From Tubulanus polymorphus (lineage: Eukaryota > Animalia > Nemertea), in NCBI RefSeq assembly GCF_964204645.1, contig NC_134030.1:293355-357354 (forward strand): DNA of 64,000 bases, in the 5' to 3' direction. The position numbers and the translations under genes are program-made. The notes under the pieces are model-generated. The model ran no database searches, was not told where the DNA came from, and saw only the letters and a program-made list of their open reading frames with translations. Positions 1-12,031 of this stretch are shown one piece after another (position 1 is the stretch's first letter; the number at the start of each line of letters is the position of its first letter).

Positions 1-102
1 CCAACTTTAAAGGAGTCACGTGGAGTAATCAATATTTCAGTCCCCTGTATAAATAGTTCACTGATGAAATCCAGGTTCAGGAATTTCGAAAATGAAAATG
101 AA

Positions 103-1374
103 TCACACAGATTCGGGTTCTTTGGCGTTTATACGACAGATTATGTTCCCTATTTTACAACAAAAACAATCAGTAAATAGTTTGATAAATTCTTTCCGGA
201 AAACTTTCAATGTTCCGATGTAAATAAAGAAATTCATGCAGAAAACGAAATGTCGAAACGTTCGCAGGAAAATGTCTAAACCATACCATAAAATTTTGAG
301 AAAGAATCGATTATGATGATCTGTTAAACTGTTTGTAAAACTGTTTGTTAAATAGGATAGCATCCACATTGCATAATTTCTATAAAGCGAGTATCCAATG
401 ACGTGCGCTAAGTTTTGGATACAATTACATGCTGCGTGCGGCAAAACTAGTAAAATATACACAATAACTACAACAAGAAGAGTTTTACTGGCTGAAGATT
501 GATGACGATCTGTTCTCTTCGCTCTCATCTCAGATCTCTTATTGCGTAATGAAGCAGTTAACACTGATAATATTACAATCATTATAGAAGGCAATATATC
601 CTGTAAAAATGTTTTTACAGCGTCTATTGCTTGTATCAGGGACCCATTGGAAATATAGATTGACTGTTCACACACAAAAGAATCAAAGATTTCTTTATAT
701 CTGCGATATTTGTGGAGATTAACACGACTGCGCATGATTACTGAATCCAAGTTCATAAAATACGCCCAGAAGATGACAAAAACTACTGCAATTTTACGCC
801 GAGTGACGGTGAAATGTTTCATGTGAAAGAAAGGAAAACGAATAGAAACAAATCTTTCGATAGCGATCACTATAACTGTGTAGTTTGATACAGATATTGC
901 CTGGTTATAAAATAGGTTTGAAAATATACACGCAGGAAACACTCGTCTGGGCAGATAATAGAAATAGTAATTGAAATAGTAAAGTGATGGACATAGTTTA
1001 CTGTGTTTAGCGAATGTCAGATAAACACTGCGACATTCTCTATAAAATCCTAGATTATTAACTACAAACATGTTCAAATAATTGGGGAATTTTTCCAATT
1101 CAAACAAGACGACAAGTTGATCTGAAAACGCGATAGTTATCAGATAAGGGAACGTGTAACGAACTGACTGATAACTGCGACACTTTATCAGTAAAATTAT
1201 GGTCAGAAAGTTGAACACACTTCCCGGTGGAAACAAGAAGACACATCTGAATATATCGTTATATCTGATCATGAAGTTAGTAAATCTTCTGAAAGCTATG
1301 ATATAATCCGGTGTCTTCACAGTGGTCCAGTGTATTCTACGAGTTGTGGTGGCTATAGCGGTAAAATTATCCAT
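103..1374 (-). CDS. Intronless class A (rhodopsin-like) GPCR, peptide-receptor/chemoreceptor-like; array type A
   Basis: Seven hydrophobic segments; TM2 AFSD, TM3 AIERF, TM7 NFFIY; N-terminal NFT sequon. The ORF track starts at a non-ATG codon (1431); the first ATG (MDNFT) is at 1374. Confidence 0.9.
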   Translation of the reverse strand: MDNFTAIATTTRRIHWTTVKTPDYIIAFRRFTNFMIRYNDIFRCVFLFPPGSVFNFLTIILLIKCRSYQSVRYTFPYLITIAFSDQLVVLFELEKFPNYLNMFVVNNLGFYRECRSVYLTFAKHSKLCPSLYYFNYYFYYLPRRVFPACIFSNLFYNQAISVSNYTVIVIAIERFVSIRFPFFHMKHFTVTRRKIAVVFVIFWAYFMNLDSVIMRSRVNLHKYRRYKEIFDSFVCEQSIYISNGSLIQAIDAVKTFLQDILPSIMIVILSVLTASLRNKRSEMRAKRTDRHQSSASKTLLVVVIVYILLVLPHAACNCIQNLAHVIGYSLYRNYAMWMLSYLTNSFTNSLTDHHNRFFLKILWYGLDIFLRTFRHFVFCMNFFIYIGTLKVFRKEFIKLFTDCFCCKIGNIICRINAKEPESV

Positions 1375-1854
1375 GACAAGAACAGAACTGTTTGACGTGA
1401 CAATCTGTGTGTAGTTAGCGACTTCCCTCAAATTATAGGTTCAGCGGTACCACAATTTCAAAATACTCCCATCAAACTCCTGCTACAGAACACACTATAA
1501 TCATCTAAACATTTCACACGCTCTGTTGAAATTACTACTCACACGATTCGCTCTGAGAGTTTACTAAAAATCCATCTGAAATAATCTAAGTTTCATATGA
1601 AAATTCGCAGCAGTTTTAGACTAGAGTTTATATACAGCCAACTGTAGAACCATAAAGTTTGAATTTCGTAAATACAGGTCTCTGTGGTAACACGCGAGGT
1701 GTAAAAACTAATATATACTAGTATTACATATACCAGCACTGATACACTTCAAGTTCCATTGAGACACAAGAGGCGAAATGCAACAAACAGCATTTGGAAA
1801 ATTTACTTATTTCCGATTATGTATTTATTGATTCAACCTTCTGTACATAGACTA

Positions 1855-1992
1855 CAGGGAGCAGTTTCACCAAATAGTTTAAGCCTAAATCAGTTAAGTT
1901 TGAATTGTTGTCCTCATTGAAAACATGAAGTAACCAATGGCGGCAATTACACCTAAAATTTGAGTTAAATTTGTTTGTGAAACTGGGCCCTG
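1855..1992. mobile_element. TA-flanked MITE carried in the GPCR repeat units
   Basis: TA|CAGGGAGCAGTTTCAC ... GTGAAACTGGGCCCTG|TA: imperfect TIRs with TA on both sides. It recurs at about 11.2, 13.74, 16.28, 18.82 and 21.54 kb. Confidence 0.65.
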
Positions 1993-2857
1993 TAGGAAGT
2001 TACTGTCAGTACTATCAGATCGATGAGACATATTTAACGACCATACGACATACATCGCGCCCGATCTACAATCGTTACCCCCACCGTCCTTGAAGTGTTG
2101 CCTGTATACCACAATGCTGATGGGATAGCAGGAGCTTCTGCGTCTCAGCAAAAAACTCAACAATTCACCGTTATCTCTCCGTACATAAATGTTTATAACT
2201 TTACTTTCTTTGAACGAATTTGATTTTGTAAAAATGTTTTACAACATATTTAAATGATTCAATTGCATCTCTGCAATGACTAGATTTTACACCCCAAGCG
2301 CCCAAGCCCCTCACACCCCTTAACCCCCCCCCCCCCCACCCCGAGTCGAATTCGAACTGTGTCTCTGTGGACTGAGCATTTACTGAGTATTTACTATAAA
2401 TACAATTTCCTTGTTCTCCTGCGGAATATGACTTAAGGCCGATACCGACGTTTTTGGTTGGGCCAAACAGGCTCGGGCCCATTCGGCACCTGTCTGAACA
2501 GGGCCAAATTTGGCACGGACCAAAAATGCTCTCGTGTGATCGGGGCTATGGGTGGAAATCATACACGGATAGTGATTTCTGTTAGTGGAATCGGTGGAGT
2601 ATTTATATCAGGGAAGTGACGTCACAGCTTAGCTCCTTGCGGCTATTGTTGGAATTAACATTTGTGGAGATTAAATCACCTACATAAACATTAATTCTAT
2701 TTATTATTTCGAAAACATTGATTTTCCGTAGAAATTAATGGACTACAATTTAATCCAACTTTAAAGGAGTCACGTGGAGTGATCAATATTTCAGTCCCCC
2801 TGTATAAATAGTTCACTGATGAAATCCAGGTTCAGGAATTTCGAAAATGAAAATGAA

Positions 2858-5026
2858 TCACACAGATTCGGGTTCTTTGGCGTTTATACGACAGATTATG
2901 TTCCCTATTTTACAACAAAAACAATCAGTAAATAGTTTGATAAATTCTTTCCGGAAAACTTTCAATGTTCCGATGTAAATAAAGAAATTCATGCAGTACA
3001 CAAATTGTCGAAATGGTATCAGGAACCATCGTAAGTGGATCCAAATTTCATAAAGTAAGTATCGTAAATGAGGGTCAGTGATGTTTTTATCATTTTTTTT
3101 AATCACTTGGTTTAAAGCCAGTAGTAGATAGTAGATGCTTTTAACTACAGCATGCGGTAAAACTAGTAAAATATACAGCATAACTATAACTACAAGAGTT
3201 TTACTGGCTGAAGATTGATGACGATCTGTTCTCTTCGCTCTCATCTCAGATCTCTTATTGCGTAATGAAGCAGTTAACACTGATAATATTACAATCATTA
3301 CAGATGGAAATATATCTTGTAAAATTGTTTTCGCAACTGCTATTGCTCGTGTCTGGGGCTGGCTTATAGCGATTGACTGACGACACGCAAAAGAGTCGTA
3401 TGTTTCGTTGTATCTATGAATTTTAACGAATTTAACACGACTGCGCATGATTGCTGAATCCAAGTTCATAAGATACGCCCAGAAGATGATAAAAACTACT
3501 GCAATTTTACGCCGAGTGACGGTGAAATGTTTCGTGAAAGAAAGGAAAACGAATAGAAACAAATCTCTCGATAGCGATCACTATAACTGTGTAGTTTGAT
3601 ACAGATATTGCCTGGTCGTAAAATAGTCTCCGTAGTTTAGCAACGGACTTTTTGCGCGTTGCCAATTTTACAAAAACTGAAAATTCAAACGATTGAATTT
3701 ATGTGTTAATACCAGTTTATTTTACGTCTTAATCAGTTGGATAGCAGGCACAGAGTGTTATGATAATTAGTTACAGTATACACAGAATAGAATCGAATAT
3801 TATACTACTTGATTACTCATACTTCATCAGATCGTAACTGAGATTGTCCTACAATGACTTTTCTTTAACTACATACTTAATACAAAGGCCTATTTCTACA
3901 AACAAATAATCATTAGCCGTCATTTTAGATTAAATACCTAATCTATAAAAATTGACTCTCAGTACCAAATGTACGTGTTACATAAAGGTCTGGTTTCTCA
4001 GCTAAGCCTAGGTACACATTTATGCCAAAACATATATAAGATTTAACTATGAAAAATGGATGTAACTCACCTGAAAATTCAAACGATTGAATTTATGTGT
4101 TAATACCAGTTTATTTTACGTCTTAATCAGTTGGATAGCAGGCATAGAGTGATCAAATCTGTGCTGCCAAAACCCAAGTTGATTAAGACACTCCCATCAA
4201 GAAATTAGTGACCAAAACTTCTAGCGATTGGTTCATCCAAATCTTAATGACATATTAAGACACTAATTACCTGATGAGAGCTAAACTAGTTGCGAGGGCA
4301 GGTGAGTTGAGAGTTGTTTATATTGCTATTACATCACTTATTCAAAAATAGTGCCAGTTCGCTAGGTAGACAAAATACTCAATAAACAAGACAGCCTACT
4401 TGAGCTGCCAAAACGGTATCCGGGTAAAAGTGACAAAGACTAAGGGTTAGATCCATTAATGGACATAGGAAAAATCTACAAATATGTTTTCTTAGCTACA
4501 AATGACCTGGCAAAATATTGATTACAATATTTAAACATAAAAACACAATCCGCAGTTCCAGATAAAAATACTCCTTGCTAAAGTAGCAAACACAAAGGAA
4601 ACAGGGCAGATAATAGAAATAGTAATTGAAATAGTAAAGTGATGGACATAGTTTCCTGTGTCTAGCTAATAGAAAATAACTGGCACATGCTCTACTATAA
4701 AATCGTAGACGATAAACAACGAACTCTCTCAAATGTAAAGGGAAACCCTTTACGTCAAACAAGACGACAAGTTGATCTGAAAACGCGATAGTTATGAGAT
4801 AGGGGAACGTGTAACGAACTGACTGATAACTGCGACATTTTATCAGTAAAATTATTGTCAGAAAGTTGAACACACTTCCAGGTGGAAGTAAGAAGAGATA
4901 ATTGATTGTGTTGCTAAATAAAGCAGCGAACTTTGCAAACCCCTTGAAAGCTAAGATGTATCCCGGTGTCTTCACAGTGGTGCGGTATATTCGAGTTGTA
5001 GTGACGATAGCGGTAAAATTGTCCAT
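2858..5026 (-). pseudogene. GPCR array copy, pseudogenised
   Basis: Split by the 947-bp insertion at 3636-4582. Relative to the 9516 copy it also has a 7-bp deletion near 4604 and a 2-bp deletion near 3533; the intervening frame contains a stop. Confidence 0.9.
3636..4582. mobile_element. Non-autonomous TIR element with 4-bp TSD
   Basis: GTAG is duplicated at 3632-3635 and 4583-4586. Termini TTTAGCAACGGAC / TTTAGCAAGGAG (reverse complement). The empty site is visible in the paralog at ~10270 (ccgtagcaaacac). Internal 81-bp direct repeat at 3677-3757 and 4071-4151. Confidence 0.85.
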
Positions 5027-5384
5027 GACAAGAACAGAACAGTTTGACGCGACAATCTGTGTAGTGACTGCTTCCCTCAAATTGTGGGTTACAGCCGCGG
5101 AACCACGATTTCAAAATACTTCCATCAAACTCCTGCTACAGAACACACTATAATCATTTGAAGATTTCACACGCTCTGTTGAAATTACTACTCACACGAT
5201 TCGCTCTGAGAATTTACTAAAAATCCATCTGAAATAATCTAAGTTTCATATGAAAATTCGCAGCAGTTTTAGACTCGAGTTTATATACAGACAACTGTAG
5301 AACCATAAAGTTTGAATTTCGTGAATACAGGTCTCTGTGGTAACATGCGAGGCGTGAAAACTAATTTAATACTAGTATTACATT

Positions 5385-6446
5385 TACCTGACCAGTATCA
5401 AATATACCCGACCAGTATCAAATATACCTGACCAGAATCAAATATACCTGACCAGTATCAAATATACCCGACCAGTATCAAATATACCTGACCAGTATCA
5501 AATATACCCGACCAATATCAAATATACCTGACCAGTATCAAATATACCCGACCAGTATCAAATATACCCGACCAGTATAAAATATACCCGACCAGTATCA
5601 AATATACCTGACCAATATCAAATATACCTGACCAGTATCAAATATACCTGACCAGTGTCAAATATACCCGACCAGTATCAAATATACCCGACCAGTATAA
5701 AATATACCCGACCAGTATCAAATATACCCGACCAGTATCAAATATACCTGACCAATATCAAATATACCTGACCAGTATCAAATATACCCGACCAGTATCA
5801 AATATACCCGACCAGTATAAAATATACCCGACCAGTATCAAATATACCCGACCAGTATCAAATATACCTGACCAGTATCAAATATACCTGACCAGTACCA
5901 AATATACCTGACCAGTATCAAATATACCCGACCAGTATCAAATATACCTGACCAGTATCAAATATACCTGACCAGTATCAAATATACCTGACCAGTATCA
6001 AATATACCCGACCAGTATCAAATATACCCGACCAGTATCAAATATACCTGACCAGTATCAAATATACCTGACCAGTATCAAATATACCTGACCAGTATTA
6101 GATATGCCTGACCAGTATCAAATATACCTGACCAGTATCAAATATACCTGACCAATATCAAATATACCCGACCAGTATCAAATATACCTGACCAGTATCA
6201 AATATACCTGACCAGTATCAAATATACCCGACCAGTATCAAATATACCTGACCAGTATCAAATATACCTGACCAGTATCAAATATACCTGACCAGTGTCA
6301 AACATACCCGACCAGTATCAAATATACCCGACCAGTATCAAATATACCTGACCAGTATCAAATATACCTGACCAATATCAAATATACCTGACCAGTATCA
6401 AATATACCCGACCAGTATCAAATATACCTGACCAGTATCAAATATA
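5385..6446. repeat. 20-bp minisatellite (CTGACCAGTATCAAATATAC), ~53 copies
   Basis: Direct tandem periodicity of 20 bp. Confidence 0.97.
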
Positions 6447-7209
6447 TAATATAGCATTTGTTAAAGTTTCTCACGGATGTTATTACATATTCTTGCTCAC
6501 TCGCAACTGGTGTGTTTTCTTGTTGAGTTTTGAGAGGTGTGTTATTGTATTGTTTCCTTTGAAATCACGTGTTTTTTGGACGAGCAAAGTCGTCAACTCG
6601 TGGTTAGTGATTATACACCTCGGTTCAGTAGCCATGTACTTTCCTCAACTCGTCCCCAGATCGCCTTTCTTTTTTGCAAAACCATGCGGTGAATCGGGAC
6701 CGACAATAAGTATGCACAAAAATATTCCACTCTGGCATTTTCAGGAATTACTCTTAGTGCTTCTGGAATGGATCGAGACGACCGTTAACGGGCCGGATTT
6801 CATATTCGGGGTTTTGATTCCGATGGTATTCCTTTGTATTACAAACACGGCCTTAATCGTGAATCTTCTTATCAAACGTAAGTCACGTGGTAAGATGCTG
6901 CAATCGGCGCAAAAAACTGAAAAACAAACGGAATCGAGTTCGATAGAGAAAAGAGTGTTGAGAATGGTTATAACTGTTGTGACTGTTTACATCGTTTGTG
7001 AGTCGGTGTTCCTTGTTGACCGATTCATTGGTAGGGGTTACATAAAAGTGAACTACAAATATAAATACGGATTGGTTGTAGGGAAAACGGGTATCGGACT
7101 GACTGTGGTAGATTCGTGCGCTAACTTCCTCCTTTACAGCATAACAAATTCCAATTTCAGGCGAGCTGGTTGGAAACTATTACAGGCTCGGTCATCAGTC
7201 GAGGATTAG
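6440..7209 (+). pseudogene. 5'-truncated class A GPCR (TM3-TM7) of a different subfamily
   Basis: SFERC in TM3 and DSCANFLLY in TM7. The open frame runs upstream straight into the minisatellite; no ATG, TM1 or TM2 is present. Confidence 0.75.
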
Positions 7210-7653
7210 TGAGCGCCAAAACCGTTTACGATTAGTTTCAATATTGTTTTGTAAGTCCACATGAATTCGAAAATTAACGTATAAAACTTCAAGATGGTAA
7301 AATTTTTTTCAAATGACGGGTCACGCGCACAGTCCGTGTGGTTTATATATCTAATCGATCCACAGTCTACACGTTATTTGGTCAGACATGTTTTGATGGA
7401 ATAGTTCATGCCTCTTTCTATCGGGGGTTCGGCTCCGGATAGTTTTACGTATTCAAACGTATTCCTTCCAAAAAAGTCGTAAGTCGGATAATCTCTAATC
7501 GTATATCGGATGAATATTGATGGTCCAGATTTTTCCTTCTCTTTTTTAAAGAAATTTCCAAAATTGAATTTCATGAGTCGAAACATCGCCTTCTCGTAGA
7601 ACTTCGCTTTGTCTGATAATAGAATATCAGTTAAATCATTCAGAGGTCAGGCC

Positions 7654-8350
7654 ACTGACACTGATTCAGAGTGGTACTGATGCTGAATAGAGGATGTACA
7701 GGGGTGTCCCGGGTTCGAACACAGTAATTACTGATACAGATTCAGAGTGGTCCTGATACTGAATAGAGGATGTACAGGGATGTCCCGAGTTTGAACCCAG
7801 TAATTACTGACACTGATTCAGAGTGTGGTCCTGATGCTGGATAGAGGATTTACAGGGGTGTCCCGCGTTCGAATCCAGTAATTACTGATACTGATTCAGA
7901 GTGGCCCTGCTGCTGAATAGAGGATGTACAGGGGTGTCCCGGGTTTGAACCCAGTAATTACTGACACTGATTCAGAGTGGTCCTGATGCTGAATAGATGA
8001 TGTACAGGGTTGTCCCAGGTTCAAACCCAGTAATTACTGATACTGATTCTAAGTGGTCCTGATGCTGGATAGAGGATGTACAGCGATGTCCCGGGTTCGA
8101 TCCCATTAATTACTGATACTCATTCAGAGTGGTCCTTATTTTGAATAGAGGATGTACAGGGGTGTCCCGGGTTCGAACCCAGTAATTACTGATACTGGTT
8201 TAGAGTGCGGTACTGATGCTGAATAGAGGATGTACAGGGGTGTCCCGGGTTCGAACCCAGTAATTACTGATACTGGTTCAGAGTGCGGTACTGATGCTGA
8301 ATAGAGGATGTACAGGGGTGTCCCGGGTTCGAACCCAGTAATTACTGACA
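7654..8350. repeat. 76-78 bp satellite with a B-box-like GGTTCGAACCC, ~9 copies
   Basis: Tandem unit ACTGACACTGATTCAGAGTGGTCCTGATGCTGAATAGAGGATGTACAGGGGTGTCCCGGGTTCGAACCCAGTAATT. The same family occurs at 57.7-58.4 kb and, inverted, at 63.26-63.61 kb. Confidence 0.95.
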
Positions 8351-8351
8351 T

Positions 8352-9056
8352 AAGAGTCCTTGGTTATTATTCATTAAGAAACCTTTGATGATTGCGGTTT
8401 ATCTCATATTTGGACACAACAATTTATGGCGAACAGTTGGACCTTCTCAAGGCGAATAAAACGGATTCTTTGTGATCAACACCTTCAAAATACCGTTTCC
8501 ACAATAGATGCTAATCCAACATAAACTAATTACAGGCAATACAAAAATGATATTAAATTAGAAAGATATATTAGTGAACTTGATGAAGATTTAGTAATAA
8601 GTTTATTCGAATTTACAATTGGATCTTCTTTTGCCTGTAAATAAATTATCAAATCTTCCGTTAGATAGAAATGATAGATTATGTTCGGCTTAATGTTTTA
8701 GGTGATGAATTGCATTTTATTTTTAACTGCAACCTACTGAATGAAATCCGTGAAAATATTTTGAATCTGAATTCTTTTGGCAATCTTGTTATTCTAAAAA
8801 ATCCTACAATCCACCTTGCAAAATTCATTAAAAAAGGCTTAGATGTATATAGATCCCTCCAATAATTAGTATGTTGTAAATAGTGTATGTATATATTGTT
8901 AATAACTTTGTTATATTTTATCAAAACAAGTTTATACTTTCTGTTAATTGTAAATATTGTATACTTCATATAAGTCTCCCTTCATGTACCATAGAAATGG
9001 TTGGAGTTTAAGTAAAATCCTAATCCTAATCCTAATCCTAATCCTAATCCTAATCC
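8352..9056 (+). mobile_element. Degraded 3' end of a non-LTR retrotransposon with (AATCCT)n tail
   Basis: LGDELHFIFNC resembles the C-terminal Cys/His region of LINE ORF2. It is followed by a short UTR and about 6-7 AATCCT repeats (9017-9056), like CR1/L2-type microsatellite tails. Confidence 0.65.
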
Positions 9057-9515
9057 ATGTATTGTCATTTTCATTGATATGTCATCACAGGACTAGTTTA
9101 TCTAGTTTTCATTAACGTAGTTAGATTCTGGGTGCTCGAATCCGTACACCGCTTTACAAGCATTCAGACGCTTATGTTTGTAACTTATGTTGTAATTATA
9201 TATTATTCAAACTGCATATATACATGGTGATATAAATATTACAAATAAATCTACGGTCATCATGAAAGACGATCACGCGGACACGATTTGGCCCGGGCCA
9301 AACTGGCGCGGATCAGACTAGAGCCAAATTATGGTCCGTGCCGATTTAGAGAGCGCGTTCACACGTAAACCACTCACGATATGAATAGCGATATGACCGA
9401 TATGAGACCCGCAATATCGAACTCGCGCCCTTAATTCGGAACCCTTCGAGGAATAACAAATAAAAATGCACGGACCACAATTTAATCCGGGTTCTTTAAA
9501 AGGGACGTTCATCCG

Positions 9516-10721
9516 TCAGATTTTTTTATTTCTTAGAGATTTTATTTTACGACAAAAACAATCAGTAAATAGTTTAATAAATTCTTTCCGAAAAACTTTC
9601 AATGTTCCGATGTAAATAAAGAAATTCACGCAGTACACAAAGTGTCGAAATGGTATCAGGAACCATAGTAAGTGGATCCAAAATTCATAAAGAAAGTATC
9701 GTAAATGAGGGTCAGTGATGTTCTTAGCATTTCTTTTAAGCACTTGGCTTAAAGCGAGTCGTACATAGTAAATGCTTTTAACTACAGCATGCGGTAAAAC
9801 TAGTAAAATATACACCATAACTACAACTAAAAGAGTTTTACTGGCTGAAGATTGATGACGATCTGTTCTCTTCGCTCTCATCTCAGATCTCTTATTGCGT
9901 AATGAAGCAGTTAACACTGATAATATTACAATCATTATAGAAGGAATTATATCTTGTAAAATTATTTTTGCAACTGCTATTGCTCGTGTCTGGGGCTGGC
10001 TTATAGCGATTAACGGATCACACCGAAAAAAGTCGTATGTTTCGTTGTATCTATGAATTTTATCGAATTTAACACGACTGCGCATGATTGCTGAATCCAA
10101 GTTCATAAAATACGCCCAGAAGATGACAAAACCTACTGCAATTTTACGGCGAGTGACGGTGAAATGTTTCATGTGAAAGAAAGGAAAACGAATAGAAACA
10201 AATCTCTCGATAGCGATCACTAAAACTGTGTAGTTTGATACAGATATTGCCTGATCGTAAAATAGTTTCCGTAGCAAACACATAGGAAACAGTTTACTGG
10301 GCAGATGACGGAAATAGTAATTGAAATCGTAAAGTGATGGACATAGTTTCCTGTGTTTAGCGAATAGAAAATAACTGGCACATCCTCTACTATAAAATCG
10401 TAGACGATAAACAACGAACTCTCTCAAAAGTAAAGGGAAACTCTGTAACTCAAACAAGACGATAAGTTGATCTGAAAACGCGAGAGTTATGAGATAAGGG
10501 AACGTGTAACGAACTGACTGATATCTGCGACACTTTATCAGTAGAATTATTGTCAGAAAGTTAAACACACTTCCCGGCGGAATTAAGAAGAGATAATTGA
10601 TTGTGTTGCTAAATAAAATACTGAAGCTTATAAACCATTTGAAAGCTATGATATATCCCGGTGTCTTCACAGTGGTGCGGTATATTCGAGTTGTGGTGAC
10701 GATAGCGGTAAAATTATCCAT
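9516..10721 (-). CDS. Intronless class A GPCR, array type B
   Basis: 7TM; LAFSD, AIERF, NFFIY; first ATG at 10721. Confidence 0.9.
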   Translation of the reverse strand: MDNFTAIVTTTRIYRTTVKTPGYIIAFKWFISFSILFSNTINYLFLIPPGSVFNFLTIILLIKCRRYQSVRYTFPYLITLAFSDQLIVLFELQSFPLLLREFVVYRLRFYSRGCASYFLFAKHRKLCPSLYDFNYYFRHLPSKLFPMCLLRKLFYDQAISVSNYTVLVIAIERFVSIRFPFFHMKHFTVTRRKIAVGFVIFWAYFMNLDSAIMRSRVKFDKIHRYNETYDFFRCDPLIAISQPQTRAIAVAKIILQDIIPSIMIVILSVLTASLRNKRSEMRAKRTDRHQSSASKTLLVVVMVYILLVLPHAVVKSIYYVRLALSQVLKRNAKNITDPHLRYFLYEFWIHLLWFLIPFRHFVYCVNFFIYIGTLKVFRKEFIKLFTDCFCRKIKSLRNKKI

Positions 10722-12031
10722 GACAAGAACAGAACAGTTTGACGCGACAATCTGTGTAGTGACTGCGTCCCTCACATTGTGGGTTACAGCCGCGGTACCA
10801 CGATTTCAAAATACTTCCATCAAACTCCTGCTACAGAACACACTATAATCATCTGAATATTTTACACGCTCTGTTGAAATTACTACTCACAAGATTCGCT
10901 CTGAGAGTTTACTAAAAATCCATCTGAAATAATCTAACTTTCATATGGAAATTCGCAGCAGTTTTAGACTAGAGTTTATATACAGACAACTGTAGAACCA
11001 TAAAGTTTGAATTTCGTGAATACAGGTCTCTGTGGTAACATGTGAGGCGTGAAAACTAATATATACCAGTATTACATATACCAGCACTGATACACTTCAA
11101 GTTCCATTGAGACACAAGAGGCGAAATGCAACAAACAGCATTTGGAAAATTTACTTATTTCCGATTATGTATTTATTGATTCAACCTTCTGTACATAGAC
11201 TACAGGGAGCAGTTTCACCAAATAGTTTAAGCCTAAATCAGTTAAGTTTGAATTGTTGTCCTCATTGAAAACATGAAGTAACCAATAGCGATTAAACCAA
11301 AAATTTGAGTTTAACTTGTTTGTGAAACTGGGCCCTGCAGGAAGTTACTGTCAGTACTATCAGATCGATGAGACATATTTAACGACCATACGACATACAT
11401 CGCGCCCGATCTACAATCGTTACACCCACCGTCCTTGAAGTGGTGCTTGTATACCACAATGCTGATGGGATAGCAGGAGTTTCTGCGTCTCAGCAAAAAA
11501 CTCAACAATTCATCGTTATCTCTCTGTACATAAATGTTTATAACTCTATTTTCATTGAACGAATTTGATTTTGTAAAAATGTTTTACAACATATTTGAAT
11601 GATTCAATTGCATCTTCTATCAAGGTATTTGATAGACTGGTTGCCTGTCTAATTTTTGCAATCGGGGCCAAATTCAGTTCTCGTATCTAGTCGACTAGTG
11701 GTCGGAACTAATAACCGAATACCGACTGCACCGACTGACTGTATAACAATACATATGCTACTTGATTCCTTCAATACCAGCTATCCCGCCAGATGGCGTG
11801 ACGAACTCTCGATCATGAATTGTCAAAACAAGTTTATTTTCATCGATATATCATCACAGGACTCGTCACCGTAACCAAATAAACAATCAATTCGTTTATC
11901 TAGTTTTCATTACCTTCGATATAAAATCCACAATATCAAACTCGTGGCCTAAATTTGGAAATCCCTCGAGGTATAAAGTAAAGATTCGTGGGCCACAATC
12001 TAATCCCGGTTCTTGTAGGAACATTTATCCG

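Noticed and set aside
1894-2163. Small ORF MLSFLLRRR... recurring in each GPCR unit
   Set aside because: Non-ATG start, variable stops between copies, and overlap with a MITE; recurrence is explained by the unit duplication.
3530-4610. Compensating frameshifts (7+2 bp) with the insertion spliced out, rescuing the GPCR
   Set aside because: The insertion ends are not GT-AG on the coding strand, and the shifted frame contains a stop.
5385-6446. Regular repeats as a possible CRISPR array (also 52.7 kb and 22.7 kb)
   Set aside because: No unique spacers, no cas genes, and the context is eukaryotic.
9017-9056. (AATCCT)n as an interstitial telomere
   Set aside because: Not TTAGGG/TTAGG, and better explained as a LINE 3' tail.
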